Of a DNA stretch of 64,000 nt, positions 36,901 through 49,103 are shown one piece after another; position 1 is the stretch's first letter; every line of letters starts with the position of its first letter. The translations under genes were made by a program, and so were the position numbers. Source of the DNA: Amphiscolops sp. MND2022 (lineage: Eukaryota). A model generated the notes under the pieces. It had not been told where the DNA came from. It saw only the letters and a list, made by a program, of their open reading frames with translations, and ran no database searches. Location of the stretch: assembly GCA_964187785.1 (NCBI GenBank), contig OZ076409.1, positions 33,854,001-33,918,000 on the forward strand, written 5' to 3'.

Positions 36901-37740
36901 ACATTGCGCAAGATCATTAATGCTAGCTTGAGGGCTAGTCCCAAAGTGCGATCCGATTACATGTTTAGATTCATTCAGATCCCCAACCGATACTGGAAGG
37001 AGCCCGTGGGCTACCACCGCCGGCGTCCTATTGCTCGAAGGCAAGAATATCTGAATCACCGATTGCAACATCTGGACTTTGCACGTGTCCACCTGAGGAT
37101 CGAAGTGGCCGCACAGGTGCGAGGGCGTAATCAGTACTGTCGCTACCTCCCGTGCAGTACGATTCTGCCTGGCACCCACAAGAACGGATGACAATGTCTG
37201 GCGACATGCCTTTGGTGCTACTGGACGTGGTCAATTCCGTCCTGGGCACTGAATTACGAGCTGAATGGGATGAAGAAAGTTTGAACTTGGAGATTAGTAA
37301 CTTCGAAGTATGGAAGAAAGCTTGCGGGCTCTGGAAGCAGGCGGCTCTGGATTTCCAAGCGTGTGGCCCTTGCTTCCACCGGCAGAGCTGAACAGAGCGG
37401 ACACGGGCCTTTGCGCAACCGCCGCAGCCTAATCCAACCCCCACAATGGCAATGTCGTTGTAGCAGCCACTGACTGTGGAAGCAGCTCCGGTAGATGAGG
37501 TCCTGGAAAATGCAGCAATGCCTGTGACACCCGATCAACCCGGCGAACATGCCGCGAAGTTAACGCCGAACGCAGCGTTAGTGGACCCAATCGGAGAACT
37601 CACGATCGACACCGACTCAGAAACAAGAGTACCGTCTTCCACTATACGTGCCTCAGCGAGCGAAGCCTTCTCTACCAACGGAAGTTTCACCCCCTTGCCG
37701 CAACAAATCGGCTACACAATGAACCAACTGCCAATATAAT
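33980..37740 (+). pseudogene. Extra 3' coding region of element C, unidentified and frameshifted
   Basis: A chain of sense-strand, protein-like ORF fragments (34121, 34510, 35135, 35436, 35813, 36010, 36424, 36679, 37152, 37476) lies between the integrase and the 3' UTR. Confidence 0.6.
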
Positions 37741-38493
37741 CGGTGAGTTTGAGGGCTCACCAGCTACGTACGGAGCCCACAAAACTGCCAAAGCTTAGAC
37801 TAACTGTTGTTACCTTTCTTTGGTGCTACCTTAATTTGGTGCAATTTTAGTTTGTTGTTATCTAGTTACTATTATTCGATAGTGTGCTGTGGGTGTATGG
37901 CCTCAGAGTCCGCCTGCACCGCCCCGCGTGCTAAAGCTGAATTAAACAAAGTGCCAAAGAAGCAACCAAGAAAATACTTTTTTCTTCACATCTTACACCT
38001 CGTGCGTTGTCACCAAAAGAAGATCCAGGCCCAAAGGCAAAAAGAGACCTGAAAAGATCTTTTCTGCTGAATTGCTATCCTTTCGTTGAGTCATGTGCAT
38101 TCTATCTACTGTCTTTCCTGTAGCGGAGTTTGCGCGCTCCCAGCAAAAGAAGTTGTAAACAAAAAACTGAAAAAACGGAATTCTAAAAAAACTGGAGAAA
38201 AAATTTTTTAGCTGGCATGAGCCATGAAAAACGTTTTATTTTCCAAAGGTGCTTCAAACTGGCAAAAGCCGCCCAAACAGTCTTAGCTCTCGAGCTGGTG
38301 CGAAAACCATCACGATTGTTTCTTAAAAATACAAAATTTTGAGGTAGTACTTCTTAGAATCCCGGACGGCGCTATTCCAGTAACAGCTGTTTGACAAGGA
38401 TTCGTCGTTATTTCAAGACGTATCCACAGCATGGGCAGCACCCTGTTCCTGCAATCCTTGCCGGGGACGACAAGCCAGAAGCCCGGGGAGTGG

Positions 38494-39187
38494 TGTAACG
38501 TCATCCTGTGATCAACGAAATTTTGAGAATTTTTGAAAAATTCGTTCGAAACTGACGTGACACTTGAACATGGTTTTGGCAAAGTACCTGCCACCAGAAT
38601 TCATAAGGAGACAGCAAGAGAAGTGTCCCGCGAAGAGAGAGTGAAAAAGAACGACTGTACAAGCACAAACTGGTCAAAAAAGAGACAGCAAAAGTGCCTA
38701 TATCCACGGTGTTTGCCTGCTGAATCACAGTTTTGCAGGACTGATCCGGAAAGCAGCATGACGGCTTAATTGCAGTACCCGAGCTCGGGGGTTGTGCCCA
38801 GCTCGAGCGCTGGTGCTATGCCGCCTGGAAGCCCACCCACTTCGCCAAACTGGACTTTATTATAGGAATTGACGTTTTTGCTTGATTAATCATTAGATCG
38901 AGGGCTACTCTTACAATGTGCTTTTACGCAAATTCCCACTGGTGAAATTCAGTTCTAAACTACCTTGTTGTTTTTGAGACATCTACGCGGTGGTTGTGAG
39001 AAGAAAGCATAATTCCTGTGATTTGTAGCAGAGAGCATCCTTAGAGACGGTTCCCCCTCCTCGGGGCCGGCTATTCTTAGGAGGACAACGTGAGCTGATA
39101 TCATGGTGGTTTGTCCCGGACCATATCCATGGTACCAGTTCCTCCACTCCAATGTCAGGATACAATCGTTTAGCGCTTGCCGTTATA
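38494..39187 (+). repeat. 3' LTR of element C
   Basis: Follows ccggggagtgg. Its ends match both ends of the 85-bp 5' LTR remnant, and its 3' part is similar to the B LTR. Confidence 0.9.
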
Positions 39188-40761
39188 TGAATTCCGAGCC
39201 ATTGTGATCTTTAAAACCGTCTTTTCTTTTTCTTGATTATTCTAAAGTTGCACTTTGATCGGCTTTCGCAGAAAATTTTTGATTGTTCGGTGATATCGAA
39301 ATAACATTTCTTCTATTCAAATGGTAACGTTCTGATTAGACAAAAATCTTGCTTCCTGATTCATTGTTGTTAAATTACGCTTTGTCCCCGCAACGTTGCC
39401 TGTAACGATGTTTAAAGTATTTTTAGAACTAATCGAAGAAAAACTAATTCAACACGAAGAAAAACTCACGTTAACCTCCAGGCCAACAAAAAATTATATG
39501 AAGGAATGACGATGCTGAACATCCCGACCAAATTATAGAAGTTATGGTGGAAAGGGGTGAAGCAAAAGAATTTTTTTAAAAATACCCTGGTTAAAACTAA
39601 GACATTCTGTTTCTTAAGAAAACGGGAAAACATTCTTGTCTTTTTTACAATAAAAACATTACGGCTTTTTGCGTAATCAACTTTCGCGGCATATGTATCG
39701 TAATGAATAAGAAAACTGTTGAATAGCATTTATTCGGTCTAGTTCGAATGCAATTTGGACTCTTCTTAGACATTTGACAATATTTCAATTTTGTCTCCAG
39801 GTTTATACACTCCAAACCTAAAAAGTGATCTTTAGAATTCGAAAATTGACTGCAGCAAAACAAGGTTTACGAATCCTGGCTGTAAAGCAAAACTTCCTGC
39901 TTTCCTCATCATCTGTAGTGAGCAAAATGAAAAAGAACGAGTTTCATGTAGCTATGTTGAGTAGTCCTGTGCTACTAGTCCTGTACTAAGCCTTTGTTAA
40001 GCCCAAAATGCCGTGGACACGCGATTCTTCGCCGTCATGTAATCCAGTACAGCCAATTAATGAAACTGGTTTTTTGTTCTTGTTCAAACAATCTTGAAAT
40101 TTTCAAATCTTGAAACTGAACAAGCTGTAGCCACGAACGCCGCGAGCTTGCAGGGGCGAACGGCGGATAAGACTTACGTGATAGGGTTTTAATACGTGAT
40201 AGGGTCCTGGGACAGGGAAATGGTAAATTACCCATTTTCTCTCCAGTAATGTCCCTTGGTGGAAACATAGCCTTCGGAAACAGAGCCAAGTAAAGGGTCA
40301 AATCATAATTGAACATTCAACAATGAGCAACAATTGGACCCCAAAGTTTTTTTTAAAAAATGAAAATAACACCTGCCAAAATGAATCTATGCGCTCCAAA
40401 GTTGTGCCATCTATTTGCGTGTTTTTGCGTTCCTTACCTTCCTATCTGCTCACCATCCTGCTTCCGAAATGTCGACGGCTGCAAATGAACAATCAATCAT
40501 GCTCGACGGCTACGTAGATCATCGACTTCGAATTTTTCATCTTGACTATCATTCATGTCATGTTTATGCCTAAATATGCGCAGTTTTTTAAATTACTTTT
40601 AGTTGCCGAATATTGTAATCAAAGACACTGTTACTTTGCAATGCGCAAAATACTTAACCGAGTTTTCAATTGTCAATGGAAAGGACAAAATGAAGTGTTT
40701 GTAGGTTTGAATCAAAACTCATAGAGGAACACCAATAACTAACCTTCAATTTACTTTTCAG

Positions 40762-41100
40762 GCCATTGCTTCAAACCCATATGCAGACGATAGAAAATGT
40801 TAACAATCCGTTGAACCAGTACTTCATTTTGTGGCGTTTCTACTCTCTTTGGCCAGAAGCTATGGCAGAGATGAAAACATTGGTCAATAGCCCCGATTTC
40901 AAGAAAAAGGCTCAGAAACACGCGATGCTGATGAGGTTTGAGGCCCACATGGAAGATTTTAGGAACAAGATCGCTCTAATTGCGGTCAATGATGAAGAAG
41001 TGAGACGGGGGGCTAAGGGTCTGCTGCGACTACAGGAAGTTTATCATCTGAGACCATTAGATTTGATACTTGGCCAAGTCAAGAATTATCCTGCAGTTCG
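40762..41100 (+). CDS. P4HA: P4HA-like gene, exon 2 (N-terminal dimerisation domain)
   Basis: ttttcag acceptor and CG|gtgagt donor. NNPLNQYFILWRF and GAKGLLRLQEVYHL are P4Ha_N motifs. Confidence 0.9.
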
Positions 41101-41993
41101 GTGAGTGCACTGGAACTTTTGCTGCTGAGCAAACTAAGCAAGAATAAATAATGATGAGATAATGTACAGTACTGTTTTGAACATTTTCTTACTATAGGTA
41201 TTACCATAAAAACAAAACTAAGAAAGTTAATGGAAGAATTGATTTTAAAAGACTGCCAAAAATGAATTTCACTGCAATATTTGCAAAAAAAGTTTCAACT
41301 ACGTTTAAAGCTTCGGTTCGGAAACATCAAGAAATGCTATTTTCCAGCAATATTTGAAAATTTGTTTTCACCGATGCTTCATAAATGCTTTATAGCATCT
41401 TTTCCCAGGCTACAACAATAACAACAGTGCTATGCACCTCTTGATGTCAAATTTGTTTTTTTGTCAATTTGTTTTTCTGCTCCAAGTATAAATTTCACCG
41501 TCAACTGGAAAAGAACTGAAGAATGACCACAAAATTCATTTATGCTACTAACAATTACTTTGTTACTCGTAAGTTTTTAGTCATAAAAAGTCAAGACTAA
41601 AATTGCCCGACTCTTGAAGTCACGGCTTTTATTTTTTTCAATTCAAACACAAATACGACGGACTCGGAAAATGCGGCTGATATGAAAGAATGTTGGCATC
41701 GTCATGCTAGTTCGCCTAGTCGAGGCCAACCAATAAGAGCGTAAGTTTCGGAAGCAGTAGCATGGAGTTCGTATCTCGAATAAAATAGTCTTCGTTTTTT
41801 GAACCGAAATTGAGCTGTTCTTGTTACAGAACTTGTTGTTACTCAGTCTCTAAATGCTGAAAAGTATCAGAACTTTAACGTTTTGTAAAAAAAAGACGGA
41901 GTTCTCTATGAAGCAATATGGAACCCAAAAAAAAGTTTATCATTTTTTTCGGAGTCGTAATTATATAGCGGTGTAAGTCATTCTCATCTGTAG

Positions 41994-42250
41994 GAGATTG
42001 GGAGATGAAGAGGCTATTTGGATTCTTAACTCAGCTTACTCCATTCAAAACACTTGCGGTCTTGTAACGTGGGGAGCAGACATGTTGGAAGCAAACATGA
42101 ATGTGCCTCAATTGTACCTGGATATCATCAGAAGTACATCGAGGGAGGAAACATGTGACAAGTACTATTGCGCGAGAGACTCGTGTGATCCCCACGACAG
42201 TGACTCTAGAAATTACGTCAGACTCTGTAACCATGAAAGTGATTACACAG
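41994..42250 (+). CDS. P4HA: P4HA-like gene, exon 3
   Basis: ctgtag acceptor and G|gtgaat donor. Phases 2 and 1 fit the neighbouring exons. Ends with NYVRLC, equivalent to YEMLC. Confidence 0.75.
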
Positions 42251-42427
42251 GTGAATGTTATAAAGAATCACACATTTTAGTCAATAGCAGTCTTTTTCGC
42301 CATTAATTTGTTCATTTTTTGTTTCTGAGCCAAGGTTTGCAGTTCCTTTGATCTGTTGCAAATTATTTCAAGTCAGTTTTTTTGAATTTGCTATTTTTGA
42401 GCTGGAATTACATTAACCTGTTTGTAG

Positions 42428-42671
42428 AAAAGACCCTCAAATCGAAGTTGAAATGTTACATATACGCACCTCACGAGGCTCTGATATTGCAACCGGTGAA
42501 TGCAGAGATGCTAAACGATAATCCTGTCATTTGGAAGTTCCATAAAATGTTTACATCGCGAGAATGTGACTCATTTTGGGCGACTTCCTTCGACAAACAA
42601 GCCGACAGTGGTGTAGGGGACCAGGCGAACATTAAAGCTGGCACCGAGATCCGTGTTGGCACCAACGCATG
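42428..42671 (+). CDS. P4HA: P4HA-like gene, exon 4
   Basis: KLKCY...LILQPVNAEMLNDNPVIWKFH...RVGTNAW; tttgtag acceptor, TG|gtaagt donor. Confidence 0.9.
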
Positions 42672-43486
42672 GTAAGTCAATAAATACCATTCTTGAAACA
42701 TAGAAGGAAGCCTATGGTAAGCGCAATTCTATGTGATTCGGTGAACGCTCAGTACGACCTATGACTTAGTGCCCAAAATGTTGATTAAGACACTCAAAAA
42801 AGACCCTTTAAAAAGTCTTGTTTTGATCATCATCGGAGCCATTTATCTGGTATCGAATCCATCATCCTACGCCCTTTTTTACACGGAATGCGTTTTACAT
42901 GCTTTTATACAAACATGCGTTTATGTCTTTCCATAAGCAACTTCATACAGTGGAAATCGTACGGAGATCACTTTGATCACTTCTTTCTCAATCTTGTTGC
43001 ATACCCAGCTGCTTGTTGTTCCAAACGTGGGACAGTTTGTTGTTTCAGTGGACCACTCTAGCTTTTCCAATGGGGTCAAACCGTTGAGAAATTATGCTGA
43101 AACGTTTTCGTTGAGTGGTTAAAGATGCTCTGTCCTCAAAATGCTCAAAATGCATTGAAAGTTACCACCGGGTTTCCTAATAATGTTAGGTCGGTTTGGT
43201 CGCAAACTCGGACATAGTTGCTACAACATTCCACTAACTTGAACAACTGTCCTTGCGCTTCCTCTGAATAGCTATAGCATCTTCCTCCGAATAGAAGGAA
43301 GCTACGCAATAGCTCATATGGACAAAACTTCCGGATTGGTGTCTCAACCGTTGTTCGTGCACACGAGCAGTGCGAATTTGGCGCAAGTGAATCGCGAGCA
43401 CAAAAAAGTGACACTGGTACTGAAAAAACCTCTATTGCATTGGATTTTTCCTATTTCCAAAGGAATGGTAAGAACTTTTGGTCTAC

Positions 43487-43672
43487 CCCTGGACATTCGC
43501 CTGCCCTGGACATTCGCCTGCCCTGGACATTCGCCTGCCCTGGACATTCGCCTGCCCTGGACATTCGCCTGCCCTGGACATTCGCCTGCCCTGGACATTC
43601 GCCTGCCCTGAACATTCGCCTGCCCTGGGCATTCGCATGCCCTGGACATTCGCCTGCCCTGAACATTCGCCT
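43487..43672. repeat. Minisatellite, about 11 x 17 bp CCCTGGACATTCGCCTG
   Basis: Direct tandem units visible in the sequence. Confidence 0.95.
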
Positions 43673-44470
43673 TAATATTTGATCGAAGGGCTTTCTTATA
43701 TGTACTACGCGGAATCTCATCTTGATTGCAAGCGTTTTACGAAGCAAATCTGGACCGTGTAACAAACATATCGTTAATCAAACAAACTTTACTGTAATGT
43801 GATGGTGGAAGTTACCTGGTTTGTTCGTGTTTCGTATCTTTGTAATGAAGATACCTTTTTGCATCGAGAATTTCTTGCCGGCTGATTTTACGGATGAAAC
43901 TGCTACTAAATCCTTCTACATTGTAACAAAGTTTCAAGTTAGGGTTTTTTCCAATAGAGCTAAAACACTGTCGAAATGTTTTTGATGACACGGAGGACGT
44001 GATAGTTCTGGAGTTGCTCATTAAAAAAATTATTTTATTTGTTTTAATGTCTACTGCAATTCTGTAAAGTGCAAACTTGGTATACAAAAAGCTTGTATAC
44101 AATAAACTTTGTAACATGCTGTAACAAAACACCTTTTCTGTTTGCGTCGTTTCCAAAGAGATATCCTCATGAAAGAGATTTTCTCTCATGATTTCAAGAT
44201 TTCACATTTGTACATGACAAACAATGTTAAATCGAAATGTTACGCTGGTCACACGAATTGCAGATAATTTATGGATGAACTGAAAATCAACGGCGGTAAA
44301 TTGGGTAAATTGATTATATCATTGCATTTCTTCAGTTTTATCCCTGCTCTGTAAATTGAATGCCAAATTTGAGAGATTTTGTTGAAAAGGTTCCAAAAAC
44401 GAGAGTTGGCGACTCAGTGGCAGTCCTAAAAATTCCAACTACGAATGACAAAAATGCGCGTGAAACCAAC

Positions 44471-45017
44471 GGGGGAAGTAAATAACTTCTAAATAAATAA
44501 CTTCTAATTAATATAGTAAACAACTTCTAAATAAATAAGTTCTAAAATTATTTTAGTAAATAACTTCTAAATTGCAATGGCATCTAGTAAATAACTTCCA
44601 AACAGCTATTTTGACGTATTTATTTCTATAACGTCGTTAGCTATGTTCACATACCCCTAGTGCCCTAAATGCAGGAGCGAAGCGAAGCGGAGCGACGTGC
44701 CATATGGCCATGCCTCAATGTTGCTACTTGGCGAAGGGAGCGAAGCGACGGGACGAGCCATACAACAAATATGCTAATCTTTTCAAATAACAGTTTTCGG
44801 AATAATAGAACGGTAAGTTTATTTTCGGAATAATGGAACGGTTAATTTATTTTCGGAAGAATGAATAGCAATCTTTACTAGAATGATTTCAGAAGTTACC
44901 AGACGCAAATGCATTTTAGAAGTTATTTACTAATATAATTTTAGAACTTATTTATTTAGAAGTTATTTACTAATATAATTTTAGAACTTATTTATTTAGA
45001 AGTTATTTACGTGATCC
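44471..45017. mobile_element. MITE with GG...CC termini, repetitive TIRs and 8-bp TSD (Merlin-like)
   Basis: TSD AAACCAAC at 44463-44470 and 45018-45025. The TIRs are built of GTAAATAACTTCTAAATAAATAA repeats. Superfamily assignment is inferred. Confidence 0.75.
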
Positions 45018-46413
45018 AAACCAACACTGTCAGCATTTTCCAAAGCTCTTCTGAAAAAGAAGTATCAAACAGGTACAACAATATCTTGATGATCAATTGT
45101 CTCAAATAGAAGTACAGACCTTGCTCCAATTGACCTTATTGAAAGCACTCAAGAACAAGATAGATTGACGGTAAATCTTCTCCAAGTTCCGTTGGACGTC
45201 GACAAGCTGAAATTGAAAATTTTGTCACTGAATTCACCAAAGCAGAATCCACTTGCGCCTGACATGGCGATTTACAGCGTAAGCGACGCAGGAGACAACT
45301 ACAATGGGAATACTTCTCGCGCCCAGTTGAAGCAGCAAATCCAGTCATAGTTGTAGACTGGGCATTTTTTCAACTGAAGCAGCCGGAATTTCCTGCTCTT
45401 TCAACAACATCGGGTCAAGTGAACTTACAACGTAAATGAGGATAACACATCAGGCTCAACAGAATTACGTCAACTTTTTGGACAACCAACAGTGTTTGTC
45501 AATGATTTAATAGGCATGTTGATCAATCATCAGCTCGTTCCCAGACGAACTTAGAGCAAGATTGAGTTTCCGGCTTTCATCAATACTTTCGAACATACTC
45601 CCAAAGAACAGGGTTTTATCTCTCACGTTGGTTCAACAGCAAATCGTGAAGCTTGCCTCAAACTGATGCCATCAAGTGGAATCATTTCATCATCAACCGA
45701 TGCATTGATTATAATATATCTCATTTAGAAGACGCTTAACAATTGGTTCAAACCACTTGCACAGGCATTCAAAAGACTATCACAGCCCCTACCCAATAGA
45801 CAACATTGAAACGACACACTTATTCAAAAAAAGAAGTTTGTGTCGTTGAACATTATTCGACAAAAAACTGTTTTGCGGATGCTCTATTGGCGAGAAGATC
45901 AAAATGTGAAACAGCCCCTACCCAATAGACAACATTGAAACGACACACTGAATGTTTTGAATGAGCGATAACACTGGCTCAACAGACACTCGTTCGGAAA
46001 CTGTTGATGTTCGTTGTGTACATCAGCATCAACATAATCAAAACGTTATTGGAAACAGAAACGCTCATCAAAAAAATGAACAACGTTTAGAGTGAATACG
46101 TAATTTTTGAACACAGGATGTGTTAGACCCAAATTATGTCGCTTATCAATTCGTTTTGGAAATGAGAATTCGAATAACTGCAATGACTAATTCGCTCAAT
46201 TTATTCCCGAAAAACTTTTCCCGATCAAAATTACCAGTGTTGAGAGCGAGCGTGAATCAAAAAATAACTTCTTCAATACTTGTAACAAATTGCTAGCTTA
46301 GAAACGCAGAGATGCTTACTCGACTTCATCCCCTTGGTAATGGAGAAATTTTCTTCTTCTTCTAGGTTCTTCTAGCATGAATGGTTTAAATGAATATAGC
46401 ATTGATTGCAGGA

Positions 46414-47520
46414 CAAGGCTGTTCAAATATTAAATGTCATTACATTAATTGACAATACAATAACTGCATTTATTGATTCTGGTTAAAAGTACTAATGCAA
46501 AAAATGAATGCTGGCATTCCAGATAATGTTTCCGTTATTGACTTTTAATGAAATTTGAACCAATCATCTTTTAGCAAAACTGAATACCGCTGAACAACAG
46601 TACAGTTGACTCGCGGTATTAAGTACGCGCAGTGTTACGTATTTCTCAGCTGTGAACACACGAAAACAATTCCCGACTACAGAATCAAGCATATCAAGCA
46701 ATGAAAATTCGGTTATTACGTACCATCGCTATTAAGTTATCCAAAAGGAATTGTTACATTGTTTCAAAGCAGTTACAGCGTACCATCCAACACGTAACAT
46801 GATAGAATAAATTATAAATGAGCTACTAACCGATTGCCAGCTAATGTTCAAATCGGCAAGTTACGCGTGTTTTTACAGTGTAGGGCTCTGAAAATTTGCA
46901 AAACGACATTCAAAATTCCTGAACCAATCAGATGAAAGATTAGATTTTCTGAATAGTCATTCAAAATTCCAAATCGACATTCAATTTTAGCAATTCCTCA
47001 GCAGACCGCTGCTCGCATACCGCTGGTAATTAAGATTGAAAGTTTGCGCAGCATCTTCAAAGAAATTTGAAGTGTTTTTCAAAAAAAAAGTTTGTGTCGT
47101 TGAAAATTATTCGACAAAAAAACAGTTTTGCGGATGCTCTATTGGCGAGAAGATCAAAATGTGAAACATTTGACCTGAAATGGATTCCTCCCACTTCAAA
47201 CAAAGCAGAGCGTCTCTTCAGTCGAGTACGTCATTTTTTCACGGACTACAGAAAAAGCCTTTCTCCTATCAACCTGGAAGCGCAAATATTCCTAAATATC
47301 AACAAGAAAAATTGGAACGTTTTCACAGTTCAAGAAATTATTTCTTCGAATTAAAAACAATAATTGTCATCGTCAATCAATAATTGTCAATAAAAAACAA
47401 TAATTGATGTGTTTTTTTTTGTGTGTGTGTGATTCATTTATTGGTTGTTTCGGTTTTGTATATGGCATTAATTGATTGTTTTGATCAATAGTATTGTCAT
47501 TACAATAATGAACAGCCTTG
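46414..47520 (+). mobile_element. Non-autonomous hAT element, 1107 bp, with a transposase C-terminal remnant
   Basis: 12-bp TIR CAAGGCTGTTCA/TGAACAGCCTTG. 8-bp TSD TTGCAGGA at 46406-46413 and 47521-47528. hAT dimerisation motif IPPTSNKAERLFS...RKSLSPINLEAQIFL at 47067-47354. Confidence 0.92.
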
Positions 47521-47526
47521 TTGCAG

Positions 47527-47620
47527 GATGACAGATGACTATTCGGAAATTATCCAAAGATTCAGCAACAGAGTTCACCAAGTGACGGGTTTACTTGTCG
47601 AAGGTCAAGAACAATGGCAG
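47527..47620 (+). CDS. P4HA: P4HA-like gene, exon 5
   Basis: ttgcag acceptor; WMTDDYSEIIQRFSNRVHQVTGLLVEGQEQWQ; CAG|gtttgt donor, phase 0. Confidence 0.9.
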
Positions 47621-48100
47621 GTTTGTTATTCGCTTGACATTCACACCTCTTTTAGATCACAGAAGTTCAATGGGATATTTAAGCTTGTCCATTTGCTCCG
47701 AAGCAAAGGTTGCAATGCGAACATCTCGCAGACATTTCTCAAAGAATGGAAATCTATAATTTCACTGCTATAAAAACAAATTTGGCTGACGTGTGACGTG
47801 GTGAAACTTAAGCACACTTTAGTGGAGCAAAAGACATTTTGGGTAAAAATTGGCCGGGAATACTAAAAATCTGCTGGGAATCAGATCGTTTTTGGCCGTT
47901 GCATAAAAGTGATTCCAGTAATACTACTATATAAGTCTTTTGAAACATTTTGCATTACTTGCAAGGTGGACGGAAAAGTCCTGTAATTTCATTGCTTGCT
48001 GAGTATACTGTCAGGATCTACTTGTATTACTTCCGAAATATGTGTTAATTAAGTACAGCTTTTTATACTGGTTAATTCATCAAGAGATTTTTAATTTCAG

Positions 48101-48284
48101 GTGGCTTCTTATGGAATTGGAGGTCACTACTGGATCCACCACGATGACTTCGAGAATGGAACTGCGGAGGCATCAGGTGATCAGGGTAACAGAATGGCCA
48201 CACTCATGGTATACCTCTCGGAGGTGCAACAGGGGGGAGCTACGGCGTTCCCCAGGGCTGAGACCGTCTCATTTCCCGGAAAAG
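48101..48284 (+). CDS. P4HA: P4HA-like gene, exon 6 (HxD catalytic motif)
   Basis: VASYGIGGHYWIHHD...GNRMATLMVYLSEVQQGGATAFP; tttcag acceptor, G|gtattg donor. Confidence 0.95.
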
Positions 48285-49103
48285 GTATTGTTATTGAATA
48301 AGTATCAATAATGATATCTTCAGCTTCGTTATTCGTTGAAACTAGGAACTATGAAAGCAACAGATCCATTCAAAAACTAACCTTTTCCTACACAAGCGAA
48401 AGAAAAATAAGCCTTCGATGAACTAACTATGGTAAGCAATGTCATGTCAATTTGAGCCTCAGATTATTAATTTGAGGTAATGAAAAGAATTTGAAACAAA
48501 TGAAGTAAACAATGAAGTAAACAATGAAGTAAACAAAGGAAAGAAAAGAACCAGCCAACACGTGAAATATTTCGCGATTTTTGTACGTCTTTGATGTGGC
48601 TCACAAAACCGACCAAGATTTGTACGAACATACAGAAAAACATCAGCATTTGCCAGCTAGACAAGACAGTTATTAGACAAGACAGGCAGCAAAGTGAATA
48701 ATAGAACAATTTGATGCTTTCTAAACCCAAGGACTACCTTTACAAATTATCCTTTATTGTTATAACCTATTACATTGTTAACTGTTATTACCTTCAAAAC
48801 CTATACACCATTGAATAGACTATACACTTGTAAGGTTTTGGGAATTTATTAGAATATTGAAAAACTTTGAACTAGCATTTTATTCCTGTAGTTGTGGAAT
48901 GCCAGAGAGCCCTACTTCTCGACCAAAAATTTCACAAATGCCAGGTGTTGGCAAACATTTTTCAACACCCCACTTCATGTTCAAGTTCATTTCTGAAAAT
49001 GCTTTTGCTACAAGTTGCATTATCTCAGCTCTTTCATCGTCAACTCATCAACTTCATCACAATTTTTTCCGGAATTCGTTAAATCGTAGGAAACCAGAGA
49101 TTG

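Larger units (their letters stand above)
26299..39187 (+). mobile_element. LTR retrotransposon C, decayed Ty3/Gypsy (gag-PR-RT-RH-IN plus extra 3' coding region), 12.9 kb, in P4HA intron 1
   Basis: Internally deleted 5' LTR 26299-26383, PBS 26399, PPT ggggag before 3' LTR 38494-39187, TGA on both flanks. Leader homologous to A, B and D. Confidence 0.92.

Noticed and set aside
43318..43765. Repetitive ORFs (WTFACPGHSPALDIRLP) and a possible CRISPR-like array
   Set aside because: Pure 17-bp tandem repeat with no spacers, in a eukaryotic intron. The ORFs are a by-product.
48498..48537. 12-bp tandem repeat AATGAAGTAAAC x3
   Set aside because: Ordinary short slippage repeat.
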